Virus record (IMG/VR): IMGVR_UViG_3300042389_001027
Coordinates: 1-64,000 of that record
Length of the DNA stretch: 64,000 nt
Reading direction: 5' to 3' (one strand)
Source of the DNA: a virus
Below are positions 1 through 8,627 of the stretch, one piece after another. The notes below the pieces were generated by a model. That model was not told the origin of the DNA, ran no database searches, and saw nothing but the letters and a program-made list of their open reading frames with translations. The position numbers and the translations under genes were made by a program. Numbering within the stretch: position 1 is the stretch's first letter; each line of letters begins with the position of its first letter.

Positions 1-1538
1 CCAAGTGGCGCGTGGTGTTCTAGCCACATGGCGCAACCGTATACATCGCGTAAAGTGTCAAGATATTTAGCGACTTCAATTGCAACGCTTTCGCTGGTTC
101 TTCCGCCGGGGTCAATGAAAGACTTATAGAGCGGTCCCATGATTAGCAACTGGGGCTTTGCCTGCTCAATCGCTTCCTCAAGAATCGCCCTGTCTGACGC
201 CTTGAGTAAATCCAGTCCTGCTGGCTTGATTAATAGTTGAGCGTCCGCCTTTCGCACGTGTCCATAATGTAGTGCTGCCCCCATGATTTGCTTTGAGGTA
301 CGACGGATGATGCGCTCAGGGTTTTCTAGGTCAACAGTCAGAGTGCGAATCGGAGCAATTTTAGACATGGTGAATGGGTGCAACCCTGCCGCAGAACAAA
401 GAGCAATCTGACGCGCGAGCATCGTCTTGCCAACACCTTCGGCTGCAACAACAATTACTCTTTCGCCCTTTTCAATAAGTTGCGGAATTACCCAATCGTA
501 TGCATCAGATTCTGTTTCCTCAAGAAAATCTTGCCAAACAACAAGACGACCTTTGTCTCCGAGTTCTTGCCTATTCGTGGAATTGAGCAGAAGTGACGCA
601 CGATTAAGTTTCTGTTCTAATGAAATATCCCCTCGTGTAAGAATTGCTTCAATACCCCGAAGAATCTCGCCAGATGTGTCAGGTGCCTGACTATCGGGTT
701 CTTGTTCGTGTGCAACTTCTGGTGGTGCTTCTGCTGGTTGCTCTGGTTCGTTGAATTCCAGTAAGTCGTCAATGTTGAGACCATGCTCAAGCATCTCAGA
801 AATATCTTTACTTCCCTGAGGAGGTATGAACTTAGCAACAGTACAACCAGCCGCTTCAAGTGCTGAGCCAACAAGTTCTACGTGTTCTCGCCCAACGTCA
901 TCCCTGTCAGAAATTATGAATACGTTTGCTCCAGCGAGCGCTTCCGTGTGGATGTCCTGCCATTTGCCAGCACCATTTGGAGGAGTGGTAGCGCATAGAC
1001 CGAGGGCAACGAGGTTGTCCGCATCTTTCTCCCCTTCTACAAGCCATATGATTTCTCCTTTTTGTTTAGCAAGCAATAACTCAGGTAGGCGATAAAGAAC
1101 TTTGGGTGTGTCGCCAAGGTTAAAAATCCACTCTCCAGTGTCTTTATTCGGACGTCGTTGGCGGAATGTTTTCTGTCCGCGCTCATTGACCAGTCGTTGT
1201 TTTTGGAATAGTAAAGTTCCGTCGGCATCGCGATAGTTATAGGTAGCGACAAGAGTCAATTTTTCTTTTTTAGGTTTATCAGGTATGTCTGTTCGTGGTG
1301 GGAAGAGTGATGCTTTCTGAACTCCCATTGCCTCGCAAATTTCGTCTACGTTGCAGCCACTGCCTCGGTGGCATGTAACAAGTACGCGACCATCGCTGCC
1401 TTGCCCAATTGATAGTGACGGGTTTGAGTCATCATTCCGACACGGACAGCGTGCTGACCAATTAGAGCCGTTATCGCGAACTCCCTGCAAACGACCAAGG
1501 AATGATTCAATTTCGGGTGAGGATGTTCTTGGCGTCAT
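1..1538 (-). CDS. DNA primase-helicase (Zn finger + TOPRIM + RepA/AAA_25-type helicase), runs off the window start
   Basis: Absent from the ORF track; translated by hand from ATG 1538 (ATGA overlap with the thyX stop). Contains CPC...CH..C Zn finger, TOPRIM motifs WLVEGEKDAD and ISDRDDVG, Walker A AAEGVGKT, DLEN and LEHH. No stop before base 1. Confidence 0.9.
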   Translation of the reverse strand, partial: MTPRTSSPEIESFLGRLQGVRDNGSNWSARCPCRNDDSNPSLSIGQGSDGRVLVTCHRGSGCNVDEICEAMGVQKASLFPPRTDIPDKPKKEKLTLVATYNYRDADGTLLFQKQRLVNERGQKTFRQRRPNKDTGEWIFNLGDTPKVLYRLPELLLAKQKGEIIWLVEGEKDADNLVALGLCATTPPNGAGKWQDIHTEALAGANVFIISDRDDVGREHVELVGSALEAAGCTVAKFIPPQGSKDISEMLEHGLNIDDLLEFNEPEQPAEAPPEVAHEQEPDSQAPDTSGEILRGIEAILTRGDISLEQKLNRASLLLNSTNRQELGDKGRLVVWQDFLEETESDAYDWVIPQLIEKGERVIVVAAEGVGKTMLARQIALCSAAGLHPFTMSKIAPIRTLTVDLENPERIIRRTSKQIMGAALHYGHVRKADAQLLIKPAGLDLLKASDRAILEEAIEQAKPQLLIMGPLYKSFIDPGGRTSESVAIEVAKYLDTLRDVYGCAMWLEHHAPL

Positions 1539-2236
1539 GGGCAGGTACGTCCATTTTTAGTCCATGATTCATAAGTGTGTGGCATTACTTGAGCAAACAT
1601 AGATTCTGCTGCAATAGCGTATTCACGGATTTCCTGTTGTGCCGCAGGCGCTGTGCGAAGTTCAAGGAAGTTCATCAATGAACGTGCGTTAACTGTCCAG
1701 TAGAACTCAGTAAAGATGTTGACTGGCAAGACAAGACGTGCCTGCTCTTTCGCTACGCCCAACTGGAGGAGGTACAGGTAGGTTGCGTATGCCCGTTCGT
1801 TGGCATCGGATATGGCTCGTCGTGCTTCGTGGGCATCATTTTCAGATGTTTCAAAAATTGGTGAATATTCGTAGTTGCCTTGTTTGCCTTTTTGCTGACG
1901 GATGTCCTCAACGCGTGGTGTGTAGAACGTGCTGGGCATTTCTGAGTATCGTGCAGAGAATTCATTAAAAGAACCGATGCGGTGACGGAACCATTCACGA
2001 GCGACGAAGATTGGGCACTTCACATGGAAGCGAAATGCGTTGTGTTCAAATGGTGTTCCATGACGCCAACGCATCAGGTAATTAATCAGACCAATGTCTT
2101 TATCTCGGAGAATATCGGTGTCTTGACCGAATGAAACCCGAGCCGAATTAACTACGCTGAGGTCGTCTGCCATATAAGCGTCTAGCCGAATGAAGCCATC
2201 GTTAACGTCTTGGTAGAAATCTTGTTGTTCAGGCAC
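1535..2236 (-). CDS. thyX: FAD-dependent thymidylate synthase
   Basis: HGTPFEH, RHRIGSFNEFSARY (RHRx7S signature), NARSLMNFLELR, AQQEIR. Confidence 0.97.
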   Translation of the reverse strand: MPEQQDFYQDVNDGFIRLDAYMADDLSVVNSARVSFGQDTDILRDKDIGLINYLMRWRHGTPFEHNAFRFHVKCPIFVAREWFRHRIGSFNEFSARYSEMPSTFYTPRVEDIRQQKGKQGNYEYSPIFETSENDAHEARRAISDANERAYATYLYLLQLGVAKEQARLVLPVNIFTEFYWTVNARSLMNFLELRTAPAAQQEIREYAIAAESMFAQVMPHTYESWTKNGRTCP

Positions 2237-2543
2237 GCGTGTTATCTTTCGTTATGCGTCGCGATACGCGACGGACTGTTGTGCTTTGTGATGTCAGTGC
2301 ACGTGGTGAGAGTTGGACTCCCAGTTTGCGGCGGTGCATTTCGCGTTCAACTTCTTTCATGCCACCCCATACGCCGTGGGTTTCGTTTTCAAGTGCGTAT
2401 TGAAGGCACTTTTCTGTGATGGCGCATGTGGAGCAAATCTTTATGGCTTGGAGGACGTTTACTTTACTCTCGCGCGAGTTGTCCTCGGGGAACCACCAGT
2501 GTGTTGGATGTCCTTTGCAGGCACCCTCTATTCCGTTTTCCAA
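2229..2543 (-). CDS. whiB: WhiB-family Fe-S transcription factor
   Basis: Four Cys (AC...CSTC...C) and GVWGG turn. Confidence 0.93.
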   Translation of the reverse strand: MENGIEGACKGHPTHWWFPEDNSRESKVNVLQAIKICSTCAITEKCLQYALENETHGVWGGMKEVEREMHRRKLGVQLSPRALTSQSTTVRRVSRRITKDNTRA

Positions 2544-2577
2544 ATTTAGCCCCCTCTATGCGTTAATGGATGACGAG

Positions 2578-2606
2578 AGAGTATCAGTCGTGTCGGGGAA
2601 GTGCAA
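2578..2606 (-). promoter_or_regulatory. Putative sigma70/SigA-type promoter for whiB-thyX-primase
   Basis: Minus strand TTGCAC-17 nt-TACTCT upstream of whiB. Confidence 0.5.
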
Positions 2607-2614
2607 ACGAGTGT

Positions 2615-3058
2615 TCACACTTTTTTTGCGACCATACGCTTTGCGTTATAGATGTCAAGAAAGATGTGGACATATTGTGCTTCAAGTATTCCGTCATCGT
2701 TGACCTCCATTACGACATCAATTGCTTCAGGGGGACATGAAAGAAATGAAGCAAGTGCCCCACGGAGTTTTTGAATTTCCAATTCTGCTTCGGCAATGTC
2801 GTCGGCGACAATGTCGGGCGCGTCAGGAAGTGGCTCTAATTCTTGTTTGCGTGGTTCGGTAAGTGCTTTGAGTTCAATGCCCTTGGCTTCCGCTACAACA
2901 CAGAGGGTGCACGCAATTTTCGGAGCAGAACTTGGGCGTTTACGCACATCAGTGTGACCACACGCCAAGCGATGCCTATACTCAACTTTTCCCCATGAGC
3001 CAGTTCGCTCTATTGAAAGTATCTCTCGTTGGGGGGCGCTCTTGCGGTTTACTTCCAC
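2615..3058 (-). CDS. Hypothetical protein with Zn-ribbon-like motif
   Basis: LACGH...CTLC; 147 aa ORF within the operon. Confidence 0.7.
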   Translation of the reverse strand: MEVNRKSAPQREILSIERTGSWGKVEYRHRLACGHTDVRKRPSSAPKIACTLCVVAEAKGIELKALTEPRKQELEPLPDAPDIVADDIAEAELEIQKLRGALASFLSCPPEAIDVVMEVNDDGILEAQYVHIFLDIYNAKRMVAKKV

Positions 3059-3067
3059 GCCGTAACG

Positions 3068-3559
3068 TTAGTTCTTCTTTTCGTTGCGACGAAGGAGGTC
3101 GTTGCGACATTCGTAAAGACCCTTTTTAATTTTATTAAAGTTGGGATGCGAGTCAATGAATTTGAGTGTCGTTTGATAGGAAAATCCAGACTGCTCTACA
3201 AGTTGTTCTGTGGTGAACTGTTCTCCATCATGAGCGCGTGCCCAGTTAACAAACGCCGTATAGCGTTGTGAACGAGTATGGCTGACTGGCTCGTCTGTGT
3301 CTGTTTCACGCGGACGAATCCATCCGACTAGGTGGCATCTTTCTGCTTTGAACGAACGCCACATTCCGTATCCGTTCTGTCCCCCTACGCACGTAATTGA
3401 ACCGTCTGTGGAGTCAACGTATTTAAACTTAAACGTTCCCGCTTCGCCCTCAACCACTAACATTGTTCCTTCGTTGATGTCAACGCCGTCAACGGTTGCC
3501 AATGGTATTTGACGCTCGGATGTACTGGTTGAGTTGCTTGCTACTACTTTACGTTTCAA
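3068..3559 (-). CDS. Hypothetical protein (SH3-like N-terminus, possible wHTH C-terminus)
   Basis: 163 aa ORF with RBS and promoter upstream; C-terminal FTTEQLVEQSGFSYQTT...KKGLYE resembles a wHTH. Confidence 0.65.
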   Translation of the reverse strand: MKRKVVASNSTSTSERQIPLATVDGVDINEGTMLVVEGEAGTFKFKYVDSTDGSITCVGGQNGYGMWRSFKAERCHLVGWIRPRETDTDEPVSHTRSQRYTAFVNWARAHDGEQFTTEQLVEQSGFSYQTTLKFIDSHPNFNKIKKGLYECRNDLLRRNEKKN

Positions 3560-3602
3560 GTCATAACCTTTCGTTTAGTATGTTTTATATGACTTCGCTA
3601 TA

Positions 3603-3631
3603 AATTTAGCACAGCCATGTAGCAATGTCAA
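3603..3631 (-). promoter_or_regulatory. Near-consensus sigma70/SigA promoter
   Basis: Minus strand TTGACA-17 nt-TAAATT with extended -10 TG. Confidence 0.75.
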
Positions 3632-4005
3632 ATCTCAGTTTCGTTTTGCGGTTTTGTGTAGTTGATTGCTTTGCGGATTTGTTCAACAATTTGTTGCGCT
3701 TGCGACCCGCGTCCAAACATCGTGACGGGCTCACTGATTTCAAGTTGCTCATGCAACCATCCTAAGAACTGAAGATTGTAGACGCTGTCCTTTAGTTCTT
3801 CGCGAACAATACCGTCATTCCCGAAAATTGTCCCCTTGTGGTCGGACAGGTCGGATTGGAAATTACGCACGAGACCTGCTGAGCGAAGGTCTTCTTCAGA
3901 GAAGAACGGTGCATAAAACTCGGGGGCAAAAATCGTATGTCCATCTGGACAAACCTTGCCGTTGTCAAGGGCATTGCGTACTGTTTCAATAAGTTTAGTT
4001 TTCAT
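3628..4005 (-). CDS. Hypothetical protein
   Basis: 125 aa ORF with AAGGA RBS. Confidence 0.7.
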   Translation of the reverse strand: MKTKLIETVRNALDNGKVCPDGHTIFAPEFYAPFFSEEDLRSAGLVRNFQSDLSDHKGTIFGNDGIVREELKDSVYNLQFLGWLHEQLEISEPVTMFGRGSQAQQIVEQIRKAINYTKPQNETEI

Positions 4006-4019
4006 AATTTTTCCTTTGT

Positions 4020-4301
4020 TTAGAAATCTGTTCCTGTGTATTCGGGGTATTCAAGTCTAAAGAACTCGGTGTCTTTATGCTCGTCGGAGAGCCACCAATC
4101 GTCATAGGTGCGCTCGCGATTCGGTGTGCGAAATGGCGTCACATGAAAGTTGCCATGGAAACCTTTCGCGAATTGTTCATCCATCCATGCGACTGCTTCC
4201 TCGCCGTTTGCGAACGGACCATAGCAATAGTCGTCTATATAGAGATTGCGATTATGTGAAACGGACACAAAACACGGTCCGAAGTTTTTAGGGTCTAACA
4301 T
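4020..4301 (-). CDS. Hypothetical protein
   Basis: 93 aa ORF with GGAAGG RBS. Confidence 0.65.
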   Translation of the reverse strand: MLDPKNFGPCFVSVSHNRNLYIDDYCYGPFANGEEAVAWMDEQFAKGFHGNFHVTPFRTPNRERTYDDWWLSDEHKDTEFFRLEYPEYTGTDF

Positions 4302-4318
4302 TTAACCTTCCTATTTGT

Positions 4319-4576
4319 TTACTGCTTTGAGTCTAGCAGTCTCCCAAGTGCTTTGCAAATAATTGTTGAGAGTGTCAATACAAACGCTGCCCCAATGCAA
4401 TTGAGGAGATGTGCGTCGTATGCTTTCATCTTCCCTGTGAATTGATTCTCGGTGTAGAACGAAGCAATGTCAATCGCCAACCACAAGGCGGTGCCAGTAA
4501 CGATTGATATTGCAGCGGCTACGAGGACGGTCTTGATTGCGATAAATGCAGATGATTTTAGTGCCATGACCAGCAC
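4319..4576 (-). CDS. Small membrane protein
   Basis: Two hydrophobic segments. Confidence 0.6.
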   Translation of the reverse strand: MLVMALKSSAFIAIKTVLVAAAISIVTGTALWLAIDIASFYTENQFTGKMKAYDAHLLNCIGAAFVLTLSTIICKALGRLLDSKQ

Positions 4577-4588
4577 CTTAGCAGTTTT

Positions 4589-4912
4589 TTATTCTTCTAG
4601 CAACCTGTTGTGTTTATCTACGATTTTGGTGTTGAGAGCCGATTGTTCCGTACTTTTGTCCCAAACTTCCGCTTGGGAATTCGGTGATTGTCGCTGCAGC
4701 GATGCGATTACTTGACTCACTTCGTAGGCGGACATCTCGTATTTCTTTGGCGAGAAGCGCGGTTTTCGCTCGCTCGCGCGCGAGTGCGATTTCGGTTTCC
4801 ACGAGAATGTGATTATCCATTTTCCTAGTTTAACGCCTATCTCTTGGTCGTCGGAGAAGTAACATATACCTACCTCAATAGTGTTAAGTGACCTATCAAG
4901 GGAAACCCGCAT
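4589..4912 (-). CDS. Hypothetical protein
   Basis: Tightly packed ORF in the minus-strand operon. Confidence 0.55.
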   Translation of the reverse strand: MRVSLDRSLNTIEVGICYFSDDQEIGVKLGKWIITFSWKPKSHSRASERKPRFSPKKYEMSAYEVSQVIASLQRQSPNSQAEVWDKSTEQSALNTKIVDKHNRLLEE

Positions 4913-4915
4913 TTT

Positions 4916-5287
4916 CTACGCCTTGGAGTCCGATTCATCTGGGTATGGTCGCCACTGCACGGGGAATTGAGTCGTCGGGATTTCCCGAAGAGAGACCGCA
5001 ATGTTGTGCACGACTCGCGAGTCAAGCGGAAGTTTCCTATCAAGGTAAATTGCCCATGGGTGACCGTAGAGTTTTTCAGAATAGTGTGACATCAAAATGG
5101 GTAATGAGCGTTTTAGCAGCGAGCGTTGCCTAGCCTCATTTTCTGCTAGGTGCTTCATTGCTGCTTGAACCTCGCCAATTGAAAACTGGTGTGGTTTCTC
5201 TACTATGTCTGGGAAGTGGACTTCTTTTTTTTCTGCGTCGTGTTGTAGTGCGCGTTCCATGGCACCACGCATTGCCTCAAAATCCAT
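4916..5287 (-). CDS. Hypothetical protein
   Basis: Start overlaps upstream stop (TAATG). Confidence 0.6.
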   Translation of the reverse strand: MDFEAMRGAMERALQHDAEKKEVHFPDIVEKPHQFSIGEVQAAMKHLAENEARQRSLLKRSLPILMSHYSEKLYGHPWAIYLDRKLPLDSRVVHNIAVSLREIPTTQFPVQWRPYPDESDSKA

Positions 5288-5535
5288 TACGCACCACCGA
5301 TTGCAAGTGTGGTGAGAATTGAGTGCAGGTCGGGATTGGTGTCTGCCAATTGTTTCATTTCATCGGGGTGTTTGGAAATAAAAGTCCGCAGGGCTATTAG
5401 TGAAGGGCTTGCGGATGGAATCGTACTGTAGGTGACGACGACATCAGGGATTGATGAGTCAACCGTTACTGCGCTTAGATAACCACTGGATTGAGTGCCC
5501 CCGTAGTCACCGGGGCGACGGAGGAAATTGCACAT
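5287..5535 (-). CDS. Hypothetical protein
   Basis: TAATG coupling on both sides. Confidence 0.5.
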   Translation of the reverse strand: MCNFLRRPGDYGGTQSSGYLSAVTVDSSIPDVVVTYSTIPSASPSLIALRTFISKHPDEMKQLADTNPDLHSILTTLAIGGA

Positions 5536-5789
5536 TACGCGTTCTTCTCCCGTTCGTTTACCTCATCACAGATTTGCTTCCACACGTCTGGCATATTTTT
5601 CCGCAACCAGACTGCTGCTTGGGTGTTTCGTTTTGCTTGCAGGTGCGTGTACTTGCGCGTCTTTGCGCGTCCGCCATCTGTCTTGCGGTACTTTTGCATG
5701 TATTCGCGTGCTGCTTTTCTGCAGTCTTCGCACCGACACTTGCTGTTTGTGTAGCAAGCGTATGTTCCGTGTTTAAGTTCGTTCGTCAT
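5535..5789 (-). CDS. Small Zn-binding protein (HGT..Y..CRC..C)
   Basis: HGTYACYTNSKCRCEDC motif common in actinophage small proteins; GGAG RBS. Confidence 0.7.
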   Translation of the reverse strand: MTNELKHGTYACYTNSKCRCEDCRKAAREYMQKYRKTDGGRAKTRKYTHLQAKRNTQAAVWLRKNMPDVWKQICDEVNEREKNA

Positions 5790-5812
5790 ATGTTCTCCGT
5801 ATGTTATGTCTA

Positions 5813-6079
5813 TTAGTACTGAGCCAGACGCTCAAGGCGCTGAACTTCTGCTTGTAGTTCGCTGATTTGTGCTTCGTAATCCCTGAGTGCTTTGCATGCC
5901 TGACCAAATAGATTCATGACAACTACAACACTACGGACGGAATCGTATTTCCACCAGTGCTCGTATTCGTCATTCATTTTTGATAGTAATTCAGGGTGTA
6001 CGTTTGGCATTGTTAGCGTCTCTGTTCCTCGTATCAATTCCAATTCCTTTGGCATTTTAGTATGTTTTTGCACTGCCAC
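5813..6079 (-). CDS. Hypothetical protein with coiled-coil C-terminus
   Basis: 88 aa ORF. Confidence 0.55.
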   Translation of the reverse strand: MAVQKHTKMPKELELIRGTETLTMPNVHPELLSKMNDEYEHWWKYDSVRSVVVVMNLFGQACKALRDYEAQISELQAEVQRLERLAQY

Positions 6080-6234
6080 TTATTTTTTCCAAGCAAGTAT
6101 CTGTAAGCCAAAGGTCTGAACCTGTGGCGTTTACAGAAGTGGCATTGTATAAATAGAGGGGGCATGAGTTCTCCTCGGTGGCTGTAAGTCACTATAACAT
6201 GCATGTTAGATGAAAACAACCCAGCAGCGGGGAA

Positions 6235-7101
6235 TTACTCCCCCGCCCACTGCTCAATCGTGAGTCGGTGCCAACCGACGACATCGTCCATTGACTTCTT
6301 GCCCCACGTGTAGCCACCCGCTAGGGCAAATACTGCTGGAGTATTGCCGATGAACGAACGAACTGCCGCTTCGCGGTAAATGATGTCCTCAATGTCAACA
6401 CCGCTGTTCAATGGGTCCATGCCTGCGTTGTAGATGATGACGTCAAATGGGGTGAGTGTCTCTGCGTACTCAAGAGCACGCTCAATCTGGTCGCTATAGT
6501 TTGCCGCTGATGCTTCCCAAATTGCGCTTTCACCACTTGGTTCGTAAGTGTCAAACAAGGAGCAAACAACGTCAATCTGTGTAACGGAGGGCATTTTTGA
6601 CTTGATGATGTCCCAAGTCCCACCACCGCCGTGAGCGTCAAAGTCAAGGACAAGTACGCGAGATGCTTCCATATCAAGTGCGTGACGAGCCGCGACTGCT
6701 AGACCGTTGACGGTACAAAACCCGCCACCCATTCCGCGACGGGCGTGATGGAGTCCTGAAGACAAACTTCCTGTCAGTGTGTTTTCTTCCAATGCGTAAT
6801 GGATTGCTCCGACAAGACCAGAACTGTGCGCTACCGCCATAGTCCAAATTCCTTCATCCCAATCAAACCCTTGGGATTCTGCAAGGTTCCTAGGTTTCCC
6901 AGATTGAAGGGCGTTTACATAGTCGTCCGTATGTATACGCTGGATGATGGACTTGGTCTCGTCTGCGAACAAGTATGGGTCGTAGATTTCCAGATTTTCA
7001 ACAGGGTCGTCATATAGGGACTTGATGATGTGTTGTGACTTTCGGGTCGTATCAAACGCATAGCGTGATGCGACATAGTCATCGTTGTAAAAAAGTTTCA
7101 T
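6235..7101 (-). CDS. Zn-dependent histone-deacetylase-family (HDAC/AcuC-like) deacetylase
   Basis: IHTDDYV, GLHHA, GFCTVNGLAVA, LDFDAHGGGG, YNAGMDP, AGGY: the catalytic and Zn-binding motifs of the family. Confidence 0.92.
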   Translation of the reverse strand: MKLFYNDDYVASRYAFDTTRKSQHIIKSLYDDPVENLEIYDPYLFADETKSIIQRIHTDDYVNALQSGKPRNLAESQGFDWDEGIWTMAVAHSSGLVGAIHYALEENTLTGSLSSGLHHARRGMGGGFCTVNGLAVAARHALDMEASRVLVLDFDAHGGGGTWDIIKSKMPSVTQIDVVCSLFDTYEPSGESAIWEASAANYSDQIERALEYAETLTPFDVIIYNAGMDPLNSGVDIEDIIYREAAVRSFIGNTPAVFALAGGYTWGKKSMDDVVGWHRLTIEQWAGE

Positions 7102-7116
7102 GTGTTTCTTTCTCCG

Positions 7117-7599
7117 TCAGTAATCGCGACGGTGTGTGTAAAGGATGTGAAGAAGGTCAAGTCCAAACAACCGTTCTAGGTGTTTGACGACGAGACTGTT
7201 AGGGATAAAGGGACGGAATCCGTCTCGGGTGAATCCACGAGAATCGGGTGGTTGTGAATCACGAAGGGTAATGAATGCATCCTCGGGTTCTACGCCTCGG
7301 GCAATAGCGATTCCCCATGCTGTTGACGTTGAGCGCGACATGCCTGCGTGACAGTGCACGAGAATGTCTTCTCGGTCTACTCCCCAGTCAATCATGCGCT
7401 TGACATGTTCATAGGTTGGGGCGTTGCGTCCGACGGTGGTATCGTTAAACTCAACTACAAGGTGGTTGGGGTGACCCCATTGAACCTCGTTTGCAGATGG
7501 TCCTGCTGTGATAATGGCTGAGAACTGGTTTACCCAGTCTTCCGCCTCTTGAATATTGCCTACTACTGGCAACGTGACGTCTGTCACAATACTGTCCAT
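7117..7599 (-). CDS. Protein tyrosine/dual-specificity phosphatase (CX5R)
   Basis: LVHCHAGMSRS P-loop; upstream FND acid loop; C-terminal PN. Confidence 0.9.
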   Translation of the reverse strand: MDSIVTDVTLPVVGNIQEAEDWVNQFSAIITAGPSANEVQWGHPNHLVVEFNDTTVGRNAPTYEHVKRMIDWGVDREDILVHCHAGMSRSTSTAWGIAIARGVEPEDAFITLRDSQPPDSRGFTRDGFRPFIPNSLVVKHLERLFGLDLLHILYTHRRDY

Positions 7600-7637
7600 T
7601 GGAGCCTCCTTGGCTGTCTAGTAACTATGGATATAAC

Positions 7638-7666
7638 ACTTTACATCGTTTATGTCGCCAATGCAA
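7638..7666 (-). promoter_or_regulatory. Putative sigma70/SigA promoter driving phosphatase-deacetylase
   Basis: Minus strand TTGCAT-17 nt-TAAAGT; AAGGAGG RBS downstream. Confidence 0.6.
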
Positions 7667-7820
7667 CCCCTACGAGGAATTTATTCGTTTAGCCATATAA
7701 GCAGCAGGCACATCAAAACCATCACTGCAACCAAAACCAACATATATCCACACTACGGGGTTGTGAGTCTCTGCGCAAGAGGGTAATCTTCATTCCTGTC
7801 AGAAATATTCCGCACAAAGG

Positions 7821-7849
7821 TTGACGTTTCAATCTAGAGGGTGTAATGT
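7821..7849 (+). promoter_or_regulatory. Sigma70/SigA promoter (divergent)
   Basis: TTGACG-17 nt-TAATGT. Confidence 0.7.
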
Positions 7850-7916
7850 TCATGACAAGCCAAAGGGCATACGCCACAAGGTGAATATCAACTAAACAAA
7901 CAACATAAGGACAACA

Positions 7917-8159
7917 ATGACAACGGCATACGAAACACTCAAGCAAAAGATGCACACTCGTAGGGGACGGGCTCCACTGCCCCCCGAAGAGAAGGCACGT
8001 CGCGCCAAGCACCAGAAGGCGGAAAACCGTCGTCGTGCGGAAGCCCGTCGTCGTGCATACCTCGTACTCCAGCATCGCTACGAGAATGAGTTCAAGGTTC
8101 TCTTTGAGGACGAGTACACGGCTCTTGAAAACGACAAGCGTTTCATGGTCACAAACTGA
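7917..8159 (+). CDS. Small basic protein, possibly nucleic-acid binding
   Basis: 80 aa, RGR motif and Arg-rich helix; own promoter, RBS and terminator. Confidence 0.75.
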   Translation: MTTAYETLKQKMHTRRGRAPLPPEEKARRAKHQKAENRRRAEARRRAYLVLQHRYENEFKVLFEDEYTALENDKRFMVTN

Positions 8160-8181
8160 CCATACGCAGTCTGATGGAACT

Positions 8182-8210
8182 GGCACCCTTCGGGGTGCCT
8201 TTTTCATTTT
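8182..8210 (+). terminator. Rho-independent terminator
   Basis: GGCACCC-TTCG-GGGTGCC followed by a T tract. Confidence 0.9.
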
Positions 8211-8249
8211 CTAACTCATGTTGATGCACTAAGCGATTATTCTTAAATA

Positions 8250-8555
8250 ATGAACTTCGGAGCACGCCCACAGCAAGAGGTAATTTTCGGTGACATCACA
8301 ATCACCCACGCCGACCGCTCCCCGTGCATTATCTGTGGTCACCCAACTGGCGACTGCAATGGAGATTCCACCGCACCGAACCACATCGCTGGCGTTGGCG
8401 CGTTCAAGTCCATAGATGAAAAACTCACGTTTCTCGTTGAAGAAGACATCTGGGAAGAAAAACAGATAAACCCGCACCATCGCCAAAAAGTTCTCGTTGC
8501 TCGTAAGGGTCGTTACATCAGTCATCAAAAAGCAACAGAATTAGGTCTTCTCTAA
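8250..8555 (+). CDS. Hypothetical protein with CxxC motif
   Basis: CIICGHPTGDC. Confidence 0.65.
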   Translation: MNFGARPQQEVIFGDITITHADRSPCIICGHPTGDCNGDSTAPNHIAGVGAFKSIDEKLTFLVEEDIWEEKQINPHHRQKVLVARKGRYISHQKATELGLL

Positions 8556-8627
8556 ACAGTTTCAGTATTGTCGTTTGGTGTAACCTTGTTTACTCACTGA
8601 ACAACCAAAACTGAAACGGGGGGCGCT

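Noticed and set aside
378-1560. Short ORFs listed in the track over 378-1560
   Set aside because: They are shadows of the continuous minus-strand primase-helicase frame.
7600-7916. tRNA or ncRNA in the largest intergenic gap
   Set aside because: No cloverleaf or T-loop consensus was seen; divergent promoters explain most of the gap.
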